This document shows, one piece after another, positions 60,799 to 64,000 of a stretch of DNA of 64,000 nucleotides. Each line of letters starts with the position of its first letter. Position 1 is the stretch's first letter. The notes under the pieces were generated by a model, which worked only from the letters and a program-made list of their open reading frames with translations, searched no databases and was not told the origin of the DNA. The stretch lies in the NCBI GenBank assembly GCA_963755715.1, contig CAVWLW010000021.1, positions 9,897-73,896 of the forward strand, read 5' to 3'. The translations under genes and the position numbers were made by a program. This DNA is from an uncultured delta proteobacterium. GTDB lineage: Bacteria; Desulfobacterota; Binatia; UBA9968.

Positions 60799-60866
60799 TT
60801 TCTAGTTCCCGGTTTCTAGTTTCTGGTCAGAAAAAACTAGAAAGCAGAAACCCGCAACTAAAAACT
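60799..60866. repeat. Inverted heptamer-repeat element
   Basis: TTTCTAG-TTCCCGG-TTTCTAG-TTTCTGG ... AAACTAG-AAAGCAG-AAACCCG-CAACTAA. Confidence 0.7.
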
Positions 60867-60871
60867 ATTAA

Positions 60872-61867
60872 TTACGCTCTTACCGCCGGCAAAACTTCCT
60901 GTCCCAACAGATCGATCTGCTGGTACCAGTCGGCGTAGCGGAAACGCAGATCGAAGACGATGTGATTGAGCCCGGCTTCTTCGTAGCGCTTGGTATCGCG
61001 GGCGATGTCGGCCGGGGTTCCCGCCATGAGCAGCCCTTCGATGTCCGCAACCGTCGAGAAGGTGCCGGACGCCGGTCTCACCCAAGTCTTCTTCGCAGGG
61101 GTGTTGCCTTCGTTGATCAGACCCTTGACGTTAACCTTGCTGAGCGCGACATCGCGATTCTTGTCGATGCTGGTGATAGGGATTGCTCCGGTGGTTACCA
61201 TGGGGCGACCCGCGAGCTTGCACTGCTCTTCGAGGTACTTGACCATCTTGTTGAACGTCGCAGTCGGAATGCGCCCGGGCATCCAACCGTCGCAATAGTC
61301 CGCCGCGCGCCGGCAGGAAGCCGGTGTACCGCCGCCGTACCAAATCGGAATCGGTTTTTTCGGCGTCGGCTTGAGCTCCACGTCTTTGAAATCGTAGTAA
61401 TCGTCTTTGTAGCTGATCTTTTCGCCGGCCCAGAAGCGCCGGCAGAGCAGGGCGTTGACTTTCGCGATGTTGGCGCGATCTTGCAACGTTGTCTTCTTGT
61501 AGCCGGCCGCCTCGAATTCGTGCGGAAAGGTGCCGAGGCCAAGGCCCATAATAATATCATCGCAGAGCGTGCTGAGGCCCGCCATCGATTGCGCCAAGTG
61601 AATCGGACTGCGGTGCGAGATCATCGTGCCGGTGCCGAGAGTCAGCTTCTTACAAACCGTCGCAATGGCGGCGAGAACCAGCAAGCCCTCTATATGAGTA
61701 TTATCTTCGCCTTCCATGCCGTGCGGTTCAAAGACCAGATGGTCTCTCACCCAAACCGAGTCAAAGCCATAACCCTCGGCCTTTTTTGAGCCTTCGATGC
61801 AGGCCTCGGCCGAAGCGTATTCGCAGAAATGAGGTAACAGTAAACCGAATTTTAATTTCGTCGCCAT
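60872..61867 (-). CDS. LLM-class flavin/F420-dependent oxidoreductase
   Basis: GFDSVWVRDHL, GLGLG, PIPIWYGG, DGWMP. Confidence 0.9.
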   Translation of the reverse strand: MATKLKFGLLLPHFCEYASAEACIEGSKKAEGYGFDSVWVRDHLVFEPHGMEGEDNTHIEGLLVLAAIATVCKKLTLGTGTMISHRSPIHLAQSMAGLSTLCDDIIMGLGLGTFPHEFEAAGYKKTTLQDRANIAKVNALLCRRFWAGEKISYKDDYYDFKDVELKPTPKKPIPIWYGGGTPASCRRAADYCDGWMPGRIPTATFNKMVKYLEEQCKLAGRPMVTTGAIPITSIDKNRDVALSKVNVKGLINEGNTPAKKTWVRPASGTFSTVADIEGLLMAGTPADIARDTKRYEEAGLNHIVFDLRFRYADWYQQIDLLGQEVLPAVRA

Positions 61868-61901
61868 GCTTACTCTCCTTCTTTATATTTTATGGGGCTG
61901 G

Positions 61902-62744
61902 TTACAGCCCGCGTTCTTCTAATAGGGTGTCTAGGTCCGTCAACGCTTTGATCGAATCGGATTTTTTCGCCCAACCGACTGCGATTGCCAGGGCATTGAC
62001 CAAGGAAAATGCCGGCGTCAGCGAGTTGACCGTGGTATGCAGACCTCGCTTGGCATAGAGACAGACGTCGGCCGCTTTGGCAATCGGTGAACTTGGAAAA
62101 TCCGTGATGCCGAGGATTGGCACGCCAATTTTCTTCGCGTGCTGAAGCGCAGTCTGAATTTCTCGCGGCACTTGCAAAAAGTCAATAGCGATCAGTACGT
62201 CGGCTGATTCCATAAACGCCAGTTGCTCTAACAGCGACGTCCCGCCGGTGAGAAAAATCCAATGGGTGTCTTTTTTGACGCGCACCAGGCGAAAATGAAG
62301 AAGATAAGCGAGCGCCATCGACGCGTTCAAGCCGATAAGGAACACTTTGCGCGCGCCCAAGATAAGCTCGACGGCCTTGTGGAAATCCGGGTAAGACACG
62401 GCCTGGAGTGTTTCCTGGAGCAGCTGTATATCCCGATTGATCAACTTGGCAAGAATATTTTCTTCACCGCCAAGCTGCGCGAACGTTTCCTCCATGCGGT
62501 CCGCCGCGCGCAGCTTGCGACGCATCTCTTTCTGAATCTCCCGCTTAAATTCAGGAAATCCTTTGTAGCCCAAGCTCTTGGCAAAGCGCACGACGGTCGA
62601 GTTGCTGACTCCAACGGCTTGGGCGAGATCATTCACGTTGGAGTGGAGCAGCGCGGTGCTGTCGTTTTGCAGATAATGGCCGAGCCTTTTTTGGGCACCG
62701 TTGAGCGCGTCGACCTTGGTCAGGATTTGTTTGATGGGTGGCAT
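61902..62744 (-). CDS. MurR/RpiR-family transcriptional regulator (HTH plus SIS)
   Basis: LAQAVGVSNSTVVRFAKSLGYKGFPEF; SIS domain ITDFPSSPIA. Confidence 0.93.
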   Translation of the reverse strand: MPPIKQILTKVDALNGAQKRLGHYLQNDSTALLHSNVNDLAQAVGVSNSTVVRFAKSLGYKGFPEFKREIQKEMRRKLRAADRMEETFAQLGGEENILAKLINRDIQLLQETLQAVSYPDFHKAVELILGARKVFLIGLNASMALAYLLHFRLVRVKKDTHWIFLTGGTSLLEQLAFMESADVLIAIDFLQVPREIQTALQHAKKIGVPILGITDFPSSPIAKAADVCLYAKRGLHTTVNSLTPAFSLVNALAIAVGWAKKSDSIKALTDLDTLLEERGL

Positions 62745-62948
62745 GAAACTTTTTTTCCAACTATCGTAGTGAAATGTTTTTGTCAAGCAGCAGAGTCGAT
62801 TTTCCATCGCGCGGACATCGACAGGGCTTACTCATGCAGCAAGTTATCGACAGCTTTCATCCGTTCCAGGTCGCATTACACCGCGGGTTGACAGTCATTC
62901 GGGTCGGGCGCTAACTTCAAATTGGATTTCACAAGGAGGTAGTTCGCT

Positions 62949-64000
62949 ATGGCCGGACCCGTGAAAGAATTCGAAGTTCATCCCTACGTCCAGTTCATGA
63001 TGGACAAGTACAGTCCCTACAAAAAGTGGATCGAGTCGGAAGGCGTGCCGATCATCGGCGGCGCGTTCGTCAAAGACGTGCGCACGGAAAAGCTCGCTTA
63101 TTGGAAGCGCAAAGATTGCCAAGGCGCGATTTGCATGTTCTCCGACCAGATGGTGGCCGACGCCTACATCGCCGAGCTCGCGCCGGGAAAGAGCATGAAA
63201 CCGCAGCGCCAGTTGTACGAGGAAATTATCACCGTCGCCGCCGGCCGCGGCGCGACGACGGTGTGGTACGAAGGCACGGCGAAACGGACCTTCGAGTGGG
63301 AAAGAGGCAGCACCTTCGCGATCCCGCTTAACGCCTGGCACCAGCATCATAACGCGAGCGGCTCGGAGCCCTGCCGCTTTTTCGGTTTGACGAGTCAGCC
63401 GGTCGCGTTCGAGTTATTCCGCGATCCGGAATTTATTTACAACACCAACTACATGTTCAAGGACCGTTTCGATCCCGGCGATCCTGAATTTTTCTCCAAA
63501 GACGGCAAATATTTCACCGAATATTACGGCGGTATTCTCCATTCCAACTTTATTCCCGATATTCGCAAGATCAATCTCGTGCCGCGAGAAAAACGCGGCA
63601 AGGGCACGCGCAACATGTACATCCATATGTCGGGGAGCGCGATGTTGGCGCACGTCTCGCAGTTTCCCGTCGGTCGCTATAAAAAAGCGCACCGGCATGG
63701 CCCCGGCGCCCATGTTTTTCTGCTCGACTCGACCGGTTATACGCTCATGTGGAACGAAGGGGAGAAACCGGAACGCTACGACTGGCACGAAGGAACCTGT
63801 ATCTCGCCGCCGGCCGGCACTTGGCACCAGCACTACAATACCGGCAACCAGCCTTGTAAGTTCGTCGCGCTCCACGCCAACACCGCTGTGCAGAAAGAAG
63901 AGAAAGGCGTCGAGCAGCTCGAGTTCGAGGAGGTGGACGAGTCGATGAAGAGGATGTACGCCGAGGAGTGCGCCAAGAACGGCGTAAAAGTGGATATGGA
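62949..64000 (+). CDS. Bicupin protein (gentisate-dioxygenase-like), truncated at the window end
   Basis: GGAGG RBS; open frame MAGPVKEF...EGVPII...YEEI...FAIPLNAWHQHHN...YKKAHRHGPGAH...WHQHYNTG with no stop before 64000. Confidence 0.85.
   Translation, partial: MAGPVKEFEVHPYVQFMMDKYSPYKKWIESEGVPIIGGAFVKDVRTEKLAYWKRKDCQGAICMFSDQMVADAYIAELAPGKSMKPQRQLYEEIITVAAGRGATTVWYEGTAKRTFEWERGSTFAIPLNAWHQHHNASGSEPCRFFGLTSQPVAFELFRDPEFIYNTNYMFKDRFDPGDPEFFSKDGKYFTEYYGGILHSNFIPDIRKINLVPREKRGKGTRNMYIHMSGSAMLAHVSQFPVGRYKKAHRHGPGAHVFLLDSTGYTLMWNEGEKPERYDWHEGTCISPPAGTWHQHYNTGNQPCKFVALHANTAVQKEEKGVEQLEFEEVDESMKRMYAEECAKNGVKVDM

Overview
A bacterial window with dense coding. Its gene content (many orphan ABC solute-binding proteins, LLM oxidoreductases, VOC proteins, a metal-less M24 protein) resembles uncultured Deltaproteobacteria-like soil lineages such as Candidatus Binatia; this is inference, not a taxonomic assignment. 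In order: the end of pilP and pilQ, then aroC-aroK-aroB-aroQ; an envelope locus of a vWA protein converging on a tatA / two Asp-Gly repeat proteins / TonB-C / ExbB / ExbD operon with no TonB-dependent receptor; an ArnT-like transferase with UppP and a DedA-type protein; a compact five-gene tailoring-enzyme cluster (B12-binding radical SAM, SDR, FAD oxidase, heme-oxygenase-like diiron enzyme, O-methyltransferase); assorted catabolic and transport genes; a complex I operon that cleanly lacks nuoB and nuoI; a candidate defence-like trio (retropepsin-like protease, PD-(D/E)xK plus NDT-like fusion, HAD nucleotidase); and an RpiR / LLM / hydrolase / molybdo-hydroxylase catabolic operon with a divergent bicupin gene cut by the window end. 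Ten reading-frame breaks in nine genes are all single-base insertions and are most likely sequencing errors. Non-coding features are GTAG-type REP hairpins and four inverted 7/8-mer repeat elements inside operons. I saw no rRNA, tRNA, CRISPR array or transposase. All family calls come from motif recognition by eye; no searches were run.
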